A DNA stretch of 64,000 bases, taken from assembly GCA_964016885.1 (NCBI GenBank), contig OZ024742.1, positions 130,014,001-130,078,000 on the forward strand. Direction: 5' to 3'. Source of the DNA: Eledone cirrhosa. Taxonomy: Eukaryota. Position numbers and translations under genes: made by a program. This document shows, in pieces, positions 11,034 to 25,600 of this stretch (position 1 is its first letter; every line of letters starts with the position of its first letter). The notes beneath the pieces were generated by a model, which saw only the letters and a program-made list of their open reading frames with translations, searched no databases and was not told the origin of the DNA.

Positions 11034-13932
11034 ATGAAGACGTCGCATCTCAGAGTTGCAACACTTAATGTTGGCACTCTCAGATCTGCTGAAATAGCAG
11101 AGATGCTGGAGAGAAGGCATGTGGATGTGTGCTGCGTGCAAGAGGTGAGATAGAGAGGTGCCTTTGTGAGACTAGTCGTAGGCAAACATCTTAGCTATAA
11201 GATTTCTGGGTAGGTAAGGAGTAGGAATTTCCTGGCTGAGAGATGGATCAATAAGACAATAGAGGTAGTTCGAGTTAGTAATCAAATAATTAACCTTAGA
11301 TTAGTTATAGGCAGGAGACTACTGACAATCATCTCTGCCTATGCTCCCCAAGCAGGCCTAGGCAAAGATGAGAAAGACTGCTTTTACGAGCAACTTTTAC
11401 AAACAACCGCAATGACAGAGGATGGAGACATCGTTATGCTAGCAGGAGACTCCAATGGTCATGTTGGACAGCTCCAGGATGGTTACACTGGGGTACATGG
11501 TGGGCACGGTTACGGCTCAAGAAATGAAGAAGGAGTAAGACTTCTTGAATTTTTGTGATGCAGGTACACTGACTATTTGCAACACAAACTTCCAGAAACC
11601 TGCCAATCACCTAATAACCTACAAATCTGGTGAGCACATAAGCCAGATTGACTTCTTACTAGTTAGGCAGAGGGACAGGCAGATATTGTCTAATACCAAG
11701 GCATACCCTAGGGAAGAATGTACCCCACAGCATAGGTTAGTCGTTAGTGATATCTCAGTAAGCAAGAGATGGAATGAGACATACAGGAAGGTGTGGAGAA
11801 GAAAGGTCTGGAAGCTAAAAGACCTTTCACTAAAATACAAATTTAGGAAAGCCCTTCAAGATGTATAAGACGAAAAATAAGACGATTTAGAGACGTATGA
11901 CATAGATAATAACTGGAATTTCTTACGTGACAACTTGCTGCAGGCTACTGATGAAACTTGTGGCTGGAGCAGAGCTCCAACCAGAGAGTGACCTGGTGGT
12001 GGAACAGCACAGTAGATAAGGCTATTAGAGACAAAAGACTAGCATGGAAGGCTTGGAAAAAGGGTGGGAGTAGGGAAGAATATACAGCCGCTAAGAGAGA
12101 AGCTAGACGTCAGGTGTACTTAGCATGCAGGGAGGCGGAGAGTAGGAGGTTTGCCAATGTTCTGCGATGGGAAGATCAGAGGCGTGCGGTGTTCCACATT
12201 GCAAGGCAGTGTGTCAATGCAAATCAGGATGTTGTTGGAGATAAATGTGTCCGGGATGATGCCGGTGTACTTAGTGTCACAAATGATCAGAAAAAGGAGG
12301 CCTGGAAATGTCATCATGAGAGACTGATGAATGTGGAGAACGATTGGGAGAGAGAGAAATTACCCTTAGTAGATCCGACAGAGGGACCAGTTATTGAGAT
12401 TGACGAATATAGGGTCCAAGAGGCGATTAAGGAAATGAAAAATGGTAAGGCTGCTGGACCATCGGGAATAATTGCTGAGATGCTGAAGGCATCAGGGGAC
12501 GTAGGCACTAAACTGGTTGCATCATCAATCAGGCTATATATGGTGGTGCAGTTTGGTTTTGTGCCTGGGAAGAGTACAACAGATGCCCTCTTCTTGGTGA
12601 GACAATTGCAAGAGAGGTTCTTAGAGAAAAATAAGCCACTATACTTAGCCTTTGTTGACCTAGAGAAGGCCTTTGATAGGGTACCCCGATCTGTCATCTG
12701 GTGGTCCCTAAGGAAGATAGGTGTTGAGGAATGGCTTGTGAGGACTTTGCAAACTTTGTACAGAGGTACTCTCAGTAAAGTCAGGGTAGGAATGGAGTTT
12801 AGTGAGGAATTCCAGATACAAGTAGGAGTACATCAAGGTTCAGTCCTCAGCCCGCTCTTGTTCATTATAGTCCTCCAAGCCATAACAGAGGAGTTTAAGA
12901 CTGGCTGTCCATGGGAACTTCTCTATGCTGACGATCTGGTTCTTATAGCAGAATCATTAGAGGAGCTAGAGAAGAAATTCTGGCTATGGAAACAGCAGTT
13001 GGAATCAAGAGGACTGAGAGTGAACCTAGCTAAGACAAAAGTGTTGATGAGTAGAAAAGAGGACAAAACTCTGATTCCGTCAGGGAAATGGCCATGTTCG
13101 ATATGCAGAAAAGGAACTGGCATAAATTCTATAAAATGCACACAATGCAGATCCTGGGTACACAAGAGATGTAGCGGGATAGCAGGCAAACTAACAGGTA
13201 GAGAGAAATATGTATGCAGTAGATGTACAGGGAAATTAGACAGTAGAAGTCGCATTGATAGACACATTTTTCAAATGCAGGAGGACGCTATAGAAGTGGT
13301 GGATAGCTTCCGGTACCTAGGAGATCAGATTAGCAAGGGGAGGAGGGTGTTTCAAGGCCATAGTATCTAGAATAAGGACGGTTTGGAAGAAGTTTAGGGA
13401 GCTGCTTCCTCTGCTGATGAAGAAGGGTTTCTCCCTGCGTACGAAAGGCCGGTTGTATGATGCCTGTGTGAGGAGCGCGATGCTGCATGGTAGTGAGACA
13501 TGAGCAGCAACTGCAGAGGATATGTGACGGCTGGAGAGAAATGAGGCAAGCCTGCTCCGTTGGATGTGCAGTGTAAATGTGCATGAACGACCTGGCATGA
13601 ATGTGTTGAGAGAGAAACTGTGTCTGAGAGGGATAGAATGTAGTGTACGGGAGAGGAGACTGAGGTGGTATGGACATGTGATGCGCATGGAGGATGACCG
13701 ATGAGCAAAGAAGTGCCAGGAAATGCCAGTTGATTGAAGGAAGACGTGGTAGAGGTAGACCACGAAAAACATGGGCGGAGGTGGTGAGAACAGACCTCAG
13801 ATCGTTGAAGCTCACGGTGGAGATGACAAAGGACCGTGACGACTGGAGAGATGCTGTGCTGAATAAGACCCGTCCCACCCTTGCAAGCAGGGAAAAGTGG
13901 ACGTAAAATGATGATGATGATGATGATGATGA
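11034..13932 (+). mobile_element. RTE-clade LINE, near full length, decayed (APE endonuclease + RT + PHD-like Zn finger)
   Basis: EN: [47 protein letters not shown]: QFGFVPGKSTTDA, FVDLEKAFDRVP, GVHQGSVLSPLLF, YADD, FRYLG. C-terminus RGRPRKTW; 3' tail ..GGACGTAAAA(TGA)n. Several stops and frameshifts, plus a deletion near 12535. Confidence 0.95.
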
Positions 13933-13947
13933 TATGTATATATATAT

Positions 13948-14690
13948 ATTAAAATAACAGATTAAAGTTTAAGCAAAGAATAGCTGCTTTCACCCTTAAC
14001 GGGATCTTCTGAAACTAACTTTTTTTTTTGTGTGTACGTGCCTGTATTTGTATACCTAAGGTGAGTGTTTTCACGTATGCTTGTGTATGTACGTATATGA
14101 TGCATGTATATATTTATTTAATTTCAATTACCTCTGTATTTTATTTACTTTATTCTTACTCTGAAGCCGAGAATCATTCGGTTTCCTAGTTAGAATTTTG
14201 TCTAATACTTCAGTTATACCATTTACGTGATTTTGTCTTTGCGTGCAATTGTTATCCACGCTCCACATATGACGTATTATCTTCGTTTTTTCCATTCATT
14301 GCCAGAGAACATCTCTATGAACCACCTAATAGAATATTAGTCTACGACTTCTTTTATACCATAAACGTGGTTTTGTCTTTGCGTGTAATTGTTTTTCACC
14401 GCTCCAAATAATAACGTATTATATTCGTTTTTTTCCCATTCTTTGTCAGGGAATGTCTTCCTGTCTTCCTCCGGTTGCAACGTTTTTTGAAATATTCACT
14501 TCCCCGTTCACAGATTGACTTTGTTAGTTTCAGAAGATCCTGTTAAGGGTGAAAGCAGCGATTCTTTGCTTAAACTTTAATCTGTTATTTTAATAAATAT
14601 TTGCTCTACGGTTCTTATATATTTGATATATATTTTCCTTATCGAGCCCTCTTTGGATTTTAGTCTTCAAATTTATTATTATTACTATAT
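13948..14690 (+). mobile_element. Short 5'-truncated copy of the PLE at 49603-52755 (inverted head + 3'UTR/pLTR)
   Basis: 13948-14020 is the reverse complement of 14520-14592; body matches 52240-52755. Confidence 0.85.
14526..14576 (+). ncRNA. Hammerhead-like fold with CAGAAGA (U4A) core (H5)
   Basis: AGTTT CAGAAGA TCCT-gttaa-GGGT GAAA GCA..TGC TT AAACT; antisense copy at 13966-14016. Confidence 0.6.
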
Positions 14691-15109
14691 ATATGTGTGT
14701 GTGTGTGTGTGTACGTATGTATGCATGTATGTATGTATGCATACCAAAATATTCAAACATGGTTGGTAGTGTGGACATGATGTTTGTATCAAAAGACGTT
14801 TTATATAATTACACCTATTTCCTGCTCTTTAATGATTAAACATCAGATGTAGTGCAGTGAATAATTTAAAATTCAGCAACATACACCATTTGGCAGGAAA
14901 TTCTCAACAAAATAAACAACAATCAGATGTGTTTATAAAACGATTCGATACTGATACGCTTTTTTCCTCTCTCTTCTTCCTAGTTCTACTTCCTCTATCA
15001 GCACTTTACAAGTAAAAAAACAGTCAATCCCATCAAACTACATAAGAATCACTAGAATTTATCAAATTAATGAACCGATTACATTTAACAAGCTTAAATT
15101 TACTGTCAA

Positions 15110-15745
15110 TTTCTCTCTGTCATTCTCCCTCTCTCTTTCACTCTCTCTAATTCTCCTTCTCTCGTGCACTTGCTCTCATTTCCCCCCCACCCTCTCTCTC
15201 TTTCACTCTCTCTAATTCTCCTTCTCTCGTGCACTTGCTCTCACCCCCCCCCCTCTCTCATTCCCTCTCCTCTCTCTTTCTCTTATTCCCTCTCTCTCTC
15301 TCTCATACTCTCTCTCTCTCTCTTTCACTCTCCTCTCATTCACTTGCTCTCATTCAACTCTCTCTCTCTCTCTCCCTCTCTCATGCATTTGCTCTCCTTC
15401 CTTCTCTCTTTCATACACTCTGTAACTCTCCATCTCTCATGCATTTGCTCTCATTCCTTCTCTCTCTCTCTCCCATATACTTTCTCTCTCGCTCCCTGTA
15501 ACTCTCCCTCTCTCATTCACTTGCTCTCTCTCTCTCTCTCATGCACTTGCTCACCTTCCTTCTCTTTCACTCTCTTAAATTTCTCTCTCTCTCTCACACA
15601 CACACACTCTATCTCTCTCATACACTCTCTCACTCCCTCGCTCTCCCTGTAACTCTCCCTCTCTCATACACTCTCTCACTCCCTCGCTCTCCCTGTAACT
15701 CTCCCTCTCTCATGTACTCTCCCTCCCTCCATATCTATCTCTCAA
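15110..15745. repeat. CT-rich compound low-complexity repeat
   Basis: (CT)n with recurring catgcacttgctctc and ctgtaactctcc motifs. Confidence 0.9.
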
Positions 15746-15891
15746 TCTCTTTTGAAATCAAATTTATAAACTGGTCACATTTCACAATCTACAGTTTATA
15801 ATTAGACTAAAGTCTCTCTGAATGTTATGAAATTTATGATAAATCACTTTTTTTGCTTATTCTCTCTGTTTCACTAGTCTCTCTCTCTCTC

Positions 15892-15951
<60 letters not shown>

Positions 15952-15999
15952 TATACATATATATATACACACACACACACACATATACATATATATATA

Positions 16000-16382
16000 T
16001 CATCATTTCATTTTCCATCCGCTTTTCCCTGCTTGCAAGGGTGGGACGGGAACTGATTCTGGCTTGATTTCTACAGCTGGATGCCCTTCCTAACACCAAC
16101 CTCATTTACAGTGAGTGCTGGGGCTTTTTCCATGGCGCCTACACGTCCAATTTACAGTGTGGGCTGGGTGCTTTTTTGCCGTGGCACCTCCACGACCACT
16201 CTACAGTGGAATAATATGGACCCCAGTCCCTATCATCTCATTTCTACAGCTGAGTAAACTGGAGCAATGTGAAATAAAATGTCTTGCTCAAGGAAACAAC
16301 ACATCGCCCGGTCTGAGAATTGAGCTCACAACCTTTCGATTGCAAGGCTAATGCTCTAACCACTAAGCCATATGTGCCTCCA
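16000..16382 (-). mobile_element. SINE family S2, full length
   Basis: Same head, core and RTE tail as 4575-4912, with an internal duplication of the tacagtg..gctggg segment. Confidence 0.85.
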
Positions 16383-16644
16383 TATACATTTATATATACA
16401 TAGAGAACTGGATTCACATACATTATGTCCTTGAGCAAGACACTTTATTTCATGCTGCTCCTTCTACCTGGAGTTGCGACCGATAGATAGTATTAGTAAT
16501 TGGAAAGACCAACGGAAACATTGTTTCCTCGGTCCGATTTGGCGAAAGTCGACCGACTATATATTATATATGCATACACATATATGAAAAAATTCAGGAC
16601 CCCAACAGCTGAGCTCCGGCCATTATATATACATATACATTATA

Positions 16645-16832
16645 GGCGGTGGATTGGCAGTATCGGTAAAGGGTCGGACGCCATGCTTTCCAGCATAGTT
16701 ACGTCCCTTTACGATCTGAGTTCAAATCCCGCCGAGGTTGACTTTGCCTTTCATCCTTACGGGGTCGATAAAATAAAGTACCAGTAATGTACTGGGTAAT
16801 TGCTGGCCTTGTGCCTAAAGTAGAAACAATTA
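16645..16832 (+). mobile_element. SINE family S1, young copy
   Basis: ggcggtggattggcagtatcgg..gagttcaaatcccgccgagg..gtagaaacaat. Confidence 0.9.
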
Positions 16833-16939
16833 TATATACATATACATATATATAAACATATACACACATATAGATTGATAGATATATACACACTTGCTAG
16901 CTTGGAAAATGGGTGTTAAACGATGATGATGATGATGAT

Positions 16940-17945
16940 GACACACATGCACTCTCACACATCACTCTCACACATCACTCACACACATCACTCTCACACA
17001 TCACTCTCACACATCACACACATGCACTCTCACACATCACTCTCACACATCACTCTCACACATCACTCACACTCATCACTCTCACACATCACTCACACAC
17101 ATCACTCTCACACATCACTCTCACACATCACTCACACACATCACTCTCACACATCACTCTCACACATCACTCACACACATCACTCTCACACATCACTCTC
17201 ACACATCACTCTCACACATCACTCTCACACATCACACACATGCACTCTCACACATCACTCTCACACATCACTCTCACACATCACTCTCACACATCACTCT
17301 CAAACATCACTCTCACACATCACTCACACACATCACTCTCACACATCACTCTCACATATCACTCTCACACATGCACTCTCACACATCACTCTCACACATG
17401 CACTCTCACACATCACTCTCACACATCACTCTCACACATCACTCTCACACATCACTCTCACACATCACTCTCAAACATCACTCTCACACATCACTCTCAC
17501 ACATGCACACACACATCACTCTCACACATGCACTCTCACACATGCACACACACTCATCACTCTCACACACAAGCACACACACACATGCCCTCTCACACAT
17601 CACTCTTACACATTCACACTCACACATGCACTCTCACACATCACTCTCACACATTCACACTCACACATGCACTCCCATACATGTACAGACACTCATCACT
17701 CTCACACATGCACTCTCTCACATCACTCTCACACATGCACTCTCACACACATCACTCTCACATGCACTCTCACACACACTCTCACACATCACTCTCACAC
17801 ATGCACTCTCACACGCACTCTCACACATCACTCTCACACATGCACTCTCACACATCACTCTCACACATGCACTCTCACACGCACTCTCACAAATCACTCT
17901 CACACATGCACTCTCACACATGGACTCTCACACACACACATCACA
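16940..17945. repeat. 13-bp minisatellite (CACATCACTCTCA)n
   Basis: Direct reading; variants catgcactctca. Confidence 0.9.
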
Positions 17946-18195
17946 GTCTTACTCCCCTCACTCTTCTTTTTTTGTTTGTTTATCTTTTCAGAGAGTTAGG
18001 TTTGTGGGGTGGGGGCTATTTTCTTTTTATATATTGTTTTTTTTTCAAAATCAATCAGTCGGTGATATTGGAAATGCTTTATCAATTAATTATGTTTCGA
18101 AAAACTAGTAGGAAAACACATCAATTAAGAAATTATTAATTAATCAGACCAATTACTAAAGCATGTTCTCCTCTGATCAATTGATTAATCACATT

Positions 18196-18800
18196 GGCTT
18201 CATTCTGTAGACTCTGGCCATACTGGGGCACCACACTTTTTTACTAGCTTCATTCATTAGACTCTGGCCATTCTGGGGCACTACCTTTACTCTTTTACTG
18301 GCTTCATTCATTAGACTCTGGCCATACTGGGACACCACACCTTTTTACTGGCTTTGTTCATTAGACTCTGGCCATACTGGGGCACCACACCTTTTTACTG
18401 GCTTCGTTCATTAGGCTGTAGCCATACTGGGGCACCACACTCTTTTCCTGGCTTCGTTCATTAGACTGTGGCCATACTGGGGTACCAACTTTACTCTTTA
18501 CTGGCTTGATTTATTAGGCTATGGCCAAGCTGGGGCACCACTTTTATTCTTTTATTGGTTTCACTCATTTGACTGCGGCCAAGCTGGGGTACCACCTTTC
18601 AGGAATTTAGTTGATCCTTATATGAAACTCCAAATTTCTATCTCTCCCAAGGCAGTGATCAGGCTCCAAGGCTATACAGCTCTAGACATTTGTCCAAGGT
18701 GTCACACAATTAGACCCTTGCCTAAGGCACCATCACACAGTGAGACTGAACCTGAAATCATGGGGTTGTGAAGCAAACTCCTTCACCACACACCATGTCG
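18196..18800 (-). mobile_element. Old tRNA-SINE whose ~51-bp 3' end is tandemly repeated 8 times
   Basis: Units ggcttcattcattagactctggccatactggggcaccac at 18196-18600; degenerate tRNA-like head at ~18735-18800. Confidence 0.6.
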
Positions 18801-19351
18801 GCCAGCTACGAGGAATATTGGAAATACTAACAAATCATAAAATTATGGCAGCAAGATATGAATTAAAATTTAACATACGAGAGAAGTGGACAATATTATT
18901 GTTTTCAAATTAATATTTTGTGTGTATGTGTGCATGTATTTGTGTGTATGGGAGCAGAGGTGTAATTAAGTTTTGTGTATGTGTCCAAATATGTGTGTAT
19001 GTATGTGTACATATGTGTGTATGGAGGAGGAGGTGTGATGTTTGTGTGTGTGTGTGCATGTATGTGTGAATGTATATGTGCATGTATGTGTGTATGGAGG
19101 AGGTGTGATAAATGTTTGTGTGCGTGCGTGCATGTATGTATGTGTACATGAGGAAGGAGATGTGATACTTGTGTGTATGCATGTGTACATGTGTGTGTGC
19201 ATGTATATGTACATGTGTATGTGTGCATGTATGTGTGTGCATGTGGGGATGGAATGAAGGTGTAATTAAATTTTCATCTTTGTAAGTTCTCGATACAATA
19301 GACACACCCACACCCTACAAATTGATGGTCTCCTGCCTTAGTTAAGAACTA

Positions 19352-19610
19352 TTATCATCATCATCATCACCATCATGGTCGTCATCATCACCACCACCAT
19401 CACCACCACCAGCACCACCACCATCACCACCACCACGATCACCATCACCACCACCACCATCACCACCATCACCATCACCACAACCGTCACCACCACCACG
19501 ATCACCACCACGATCACCACCACCACGCTCACCACCACCACCACAATCACCACCACCACCACCACCATCATCCTCATTGTCATGTTTATTATTATTATTA
19601 TTATTATTAA
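19352..19610. repeat. (CAT/CAC)n and (ATT)n trinucleotide repeats
   Basis: Direct reading. Confidence 0.9.
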
Positions 19611-19667
19611 GATTTTGTTGTTGAATATTTCCAGATGTTATTTCTTGAAAGAAAATTAAATTAAAAG

Positions 19668-22600
19668 TACACATACACACATTACATACACATACACACA
19701 TTACATACACATACACACATTACATACACATACACACATTACATACACATACACACATTACATACACATACACACATTACATACACATACACACATTACA
19801 TACACACATTACATACACATACACACATTACATACACATACACACATTACATACACATACACACATTACATACACATACACACATTACATACACACATTA
19901 CATACACATACACACATTACATACACATACACACATTACATACACACATTACATACACATACACACATTACATACACATACACACATTACATACACATAC
20001 ACACATTACATACACATACACACATTACATACACATACACACATTACATACACATACACACATTACATACACATACACACATTACATACACATACACACA
20101 TTACATACACATAAACACATTACATACATATACACACATTACACACACATACACACATTACATACACATACACACATTACATACACATACACACATTACA
20201 TACACATACACACATTACATACACATACACACATTACATACACATACGCACATTACATACACACATTACATACACATACACACATTACACACACATACAC
20301 ACATTACATACACATACACACATTACACACACATACACACATTACATACACATACACACATTACATACACATACACACATTACATACACATACACACATT
20401 ACATACACATACACACATTACATACACATACACACATTACATACACATACACACATTACATACACATACACACATTACACACACATACACACATTACATA
20501 CACATACACACATTACATACACATACACACATTACATACACATACACACATTACATACACATAAACACATTACATACATATACACACATTACACACACAT
20601 ACACACATTACATACACATACACACATTACATACACATACACACATTACATACACATACACACATTACATACACATACACACATTACATACACATACACA
20701 CATTACATACACATACACACATTACACACACATACACACATTACATACACATACACACATTACACACACATACACACATTACATACACATACACACATTA
20801 CATACACATACACACATTACATACACATACACACATTACATACACATACACACATTACATACACATACACACATTACATACACATACACACATTACATAC
20901 ACACATTACATACACATACACACATTACATACACATACACACATTACACACACACACACACATTACATACACATACACACATTACATTCACATACACACA
21001 TTACATACACATACACACATTACATACACATACACACATTACATACACATACACACATTACATACACATACACACATTACATACACATACACACATTACA
21101 TACATATACACACATTACATACATATACACACATTACATACACATACACACATTACATACACATACACACATTACATACACATACACACATTACATACAC
21201 ATACACACATTACATACACATACACACATTACATACACATACACACATTACATACATATACACACATTACATACACATACACACATTACATACACATACA
21301 CACATTACATACATATACACACATTACATACACATACACACATTACATACACATACACACATTACATACACATACACACATTACATACACATACACACAT
21401 TACATACACATACACACATTACATACATATACACACATTACATACACATACACACATTACATACACATACACACATTACATACACATACACACATTACAT
21501 ACACATACACACATTACATACACATACACACATTACATACATATACACACATTACATACACATACACACATTACATACACATACACACATTACATACATA
21601 TACACACATTACATACACATACACACATTACATACACATACACACATTACATACACATACACACATTACATACACATACACACATTACATACACATACAC
21701 ACATTACATACACATACACACATTACATACACATACACACATTACATACACATACACACATTACATACACATACACACATTACATACACATACACACATT
21801 ACATACACATACACACATTACATACACATACACACATTACATACACATACACACATTACATACACATACACACATTACATACACATACACACATTACATA
21901 CATATACACACATTACATACACATACACACATTACATACACATACACACATTACATACACATACACACATTACATACACATACACACATTACATACACAT
22001 ACACACATTACATTCACATACACACATTACATACACATACACACATTACATACACATACACACATTACATACACATACACACATTACATACACATACACA
22101 CATTACATACACATACACACATTACATACATATACACACATTACATACATATACACACATTACATACACATACACACATTACATACACATACACACATTA
22201 CATACACATACACACATTACATACACATACACACATTACATACACATACACACATTACATACACATACACACATTACATACATATACACACATTACATAC
22301 ACATACACACATTACATACACATACACACATTACATACATATACACACATTACATACACATACACACATTACATACACATACACACATTACATACACATA
22401 CACACATTACATACACATACACACATTACATACATATACACACATTACATACATATACACACATTACATACACATACACACATTACATACACATACACAC
22501 ATTACATACACATACACACATTACATACACATACACACATTACATACACATACACACATTACATACACATACACACATTACATACATATACACACATTAC

Positions 22601-25600
22601 ATACACATACACACATTACATACACATACACACATTACATACATATACACACATTACATACACATACACACATTACATACACATACACACATTACATACA
22701 CATACACACATTACATACACATACACACATTACATACACATACACACATTACATACACATACACACATTACATACACATACACACATTACATACACATAC
22801 ACACATTACATACACATACACACATTACATACACATACACACATTACATACACATAAACACATTACATACATATACACACATTACACACACATACACACA
22901 TTACATACACATACACACATTACATACACATACACACATTACATACACATACACATATTACATACACATACACACATTACACACACACACACACATTACA
23001 TACACATACACACATTACATACACATACACACATTACATACACATAAACACATTACATACATATACACACATTACACACACATACACACATTACATACAC
23101 ATACACACATTACATACACATACACACATTACATACACATACACACATTACATACACATACACACATTACACACACACACACACATTACATACACATACA
23201 CACATTACATTCACATACACACATTACATACACATACACACATTACATACACATACACACATTACATACACATACACACATTACATACACATACACACAT
23301 TACATACACATACACACATTACATACATATACACACATTACATACATATACACACATTACATACACATACACACATTACATACACATACACACATTACAT
23401 ACACATACACACATTACATACACATACACACATTACATACACATACACACATTACATACACATAAACACATTACATACATATACACACATTACACACACA
23501 TACACACATTACATACACATACACACATTACATACACATACACACATTACATACACATACACACATTACATACACATACACACATTACATACACATAAAC
23601 ACATTACATACATATACACACATTACACACACATACACACATTACATACACATACACACATTACATACACATACACACATTACATACACATACACACATT
23701 ACATACACATACACACATTACACACACACACACACATTACATACACATACACACATTACATACACATACACACATTACATACACATAAACACATTACATA
23801 CATATACACACATTACACACACATACACACATTACATACACATACACACATTACATACACATACACACATTACATACACATACACACATTACATACACAT
23901 ACACACATTACACACACACACACACATTACATACACATACACACATTACATTCACATACACACATTACATACACATACACACATTACATACACATACACA
24001 CATTACATACACATACACACATTACATACACATACACACATTACATACACATACACACATTACATACATATACACACATTACATACATATACACACATTA
24101 CATACACATACACACATTACATACACATACACACATTACATACACATACACACATTACATACACATACACACATTACATACACATACACACATTACATAC
24201 ACATACACACATTACATACATATACACACATTACATACACATACACACATTACATACACATACACACATTACATACATATACACACATTACATACACATA
24301 CACACATTACATACACATACACACATTACATACACATACACACATTACATACACATACACACATTACATACATATACACACATTACATACATATACACAC
24401 ATTACATACACATACACACATTACATACACATACACACATTACATACACATACACACATTACATACACATACACACATTACATACACATACACACATTAC
24501 ATACACATACACACATTACATACATATACACACATTACATACACATACACACATTACATACACATACACACATTACATACATATACACACATTACATACA
24601 CATACACACATTACATACACATACACACATTACATACACATACACACATTACATACACATACACACATTACATACACATACACACATTACATACACATAC
24701 ACACATTACATACACATACACACATTACATACACATACACACATTACATACACATACACACATTACATACACATACACACATTACATACACATACACACA
24801 TTACATACACATACACACATTACATACACATACACACATTACATACACATACACACATTACATACACATACACACATTACATACATATACACACATTACA
24901 TACACATACACACATTACATACACATACACACATTACATACATATACACACATTACATACACATACACACATTACATACACATACACACATTACATACAC
25001 ATACACACATTACATACACATACACACATTACATACACATACACACATTACATTCACATACACACATTACATACACATACACACATTACATACACATACA
25101 CACATTACATACACATACACACATTACATACACATACACACATTACATACACATACACACATTACATACATATACACACATTACATACATATACACACAT
25201 TACATACACATACACACATTACATACACATACACACATTACATACACATACACACATTACATACACATACACACATTACATACACATACACACATTACAT
25301 ACACATACACACATTACATACATATACACACATTACATACACATACACACATTACATACACATACACACATTACATACACATACACACATTACATACACA
25401 TACACACATTACATACACATACACACATTACATACACATACACACATTACATACACATACACACATTACATACATATACACACATTACATACATATACAC
25501 ACATTACATACACATACACACATTACATACACATACACACATTACATACACATACACACATTACATACACATACACACATTACATACACATACACACATT

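Noticed and set aside
16645-16735. tRNA genes at SINE heads
   Set aside because: A/B boxes are present, but there is no cloverleaf and they are always fused to SINE core and tail
18196-18600. CRISPR-like array (also 59738-60205)
   Set aside because: Head-to-tail tandem units without unique spacers; eukaryotic context; no cas genes
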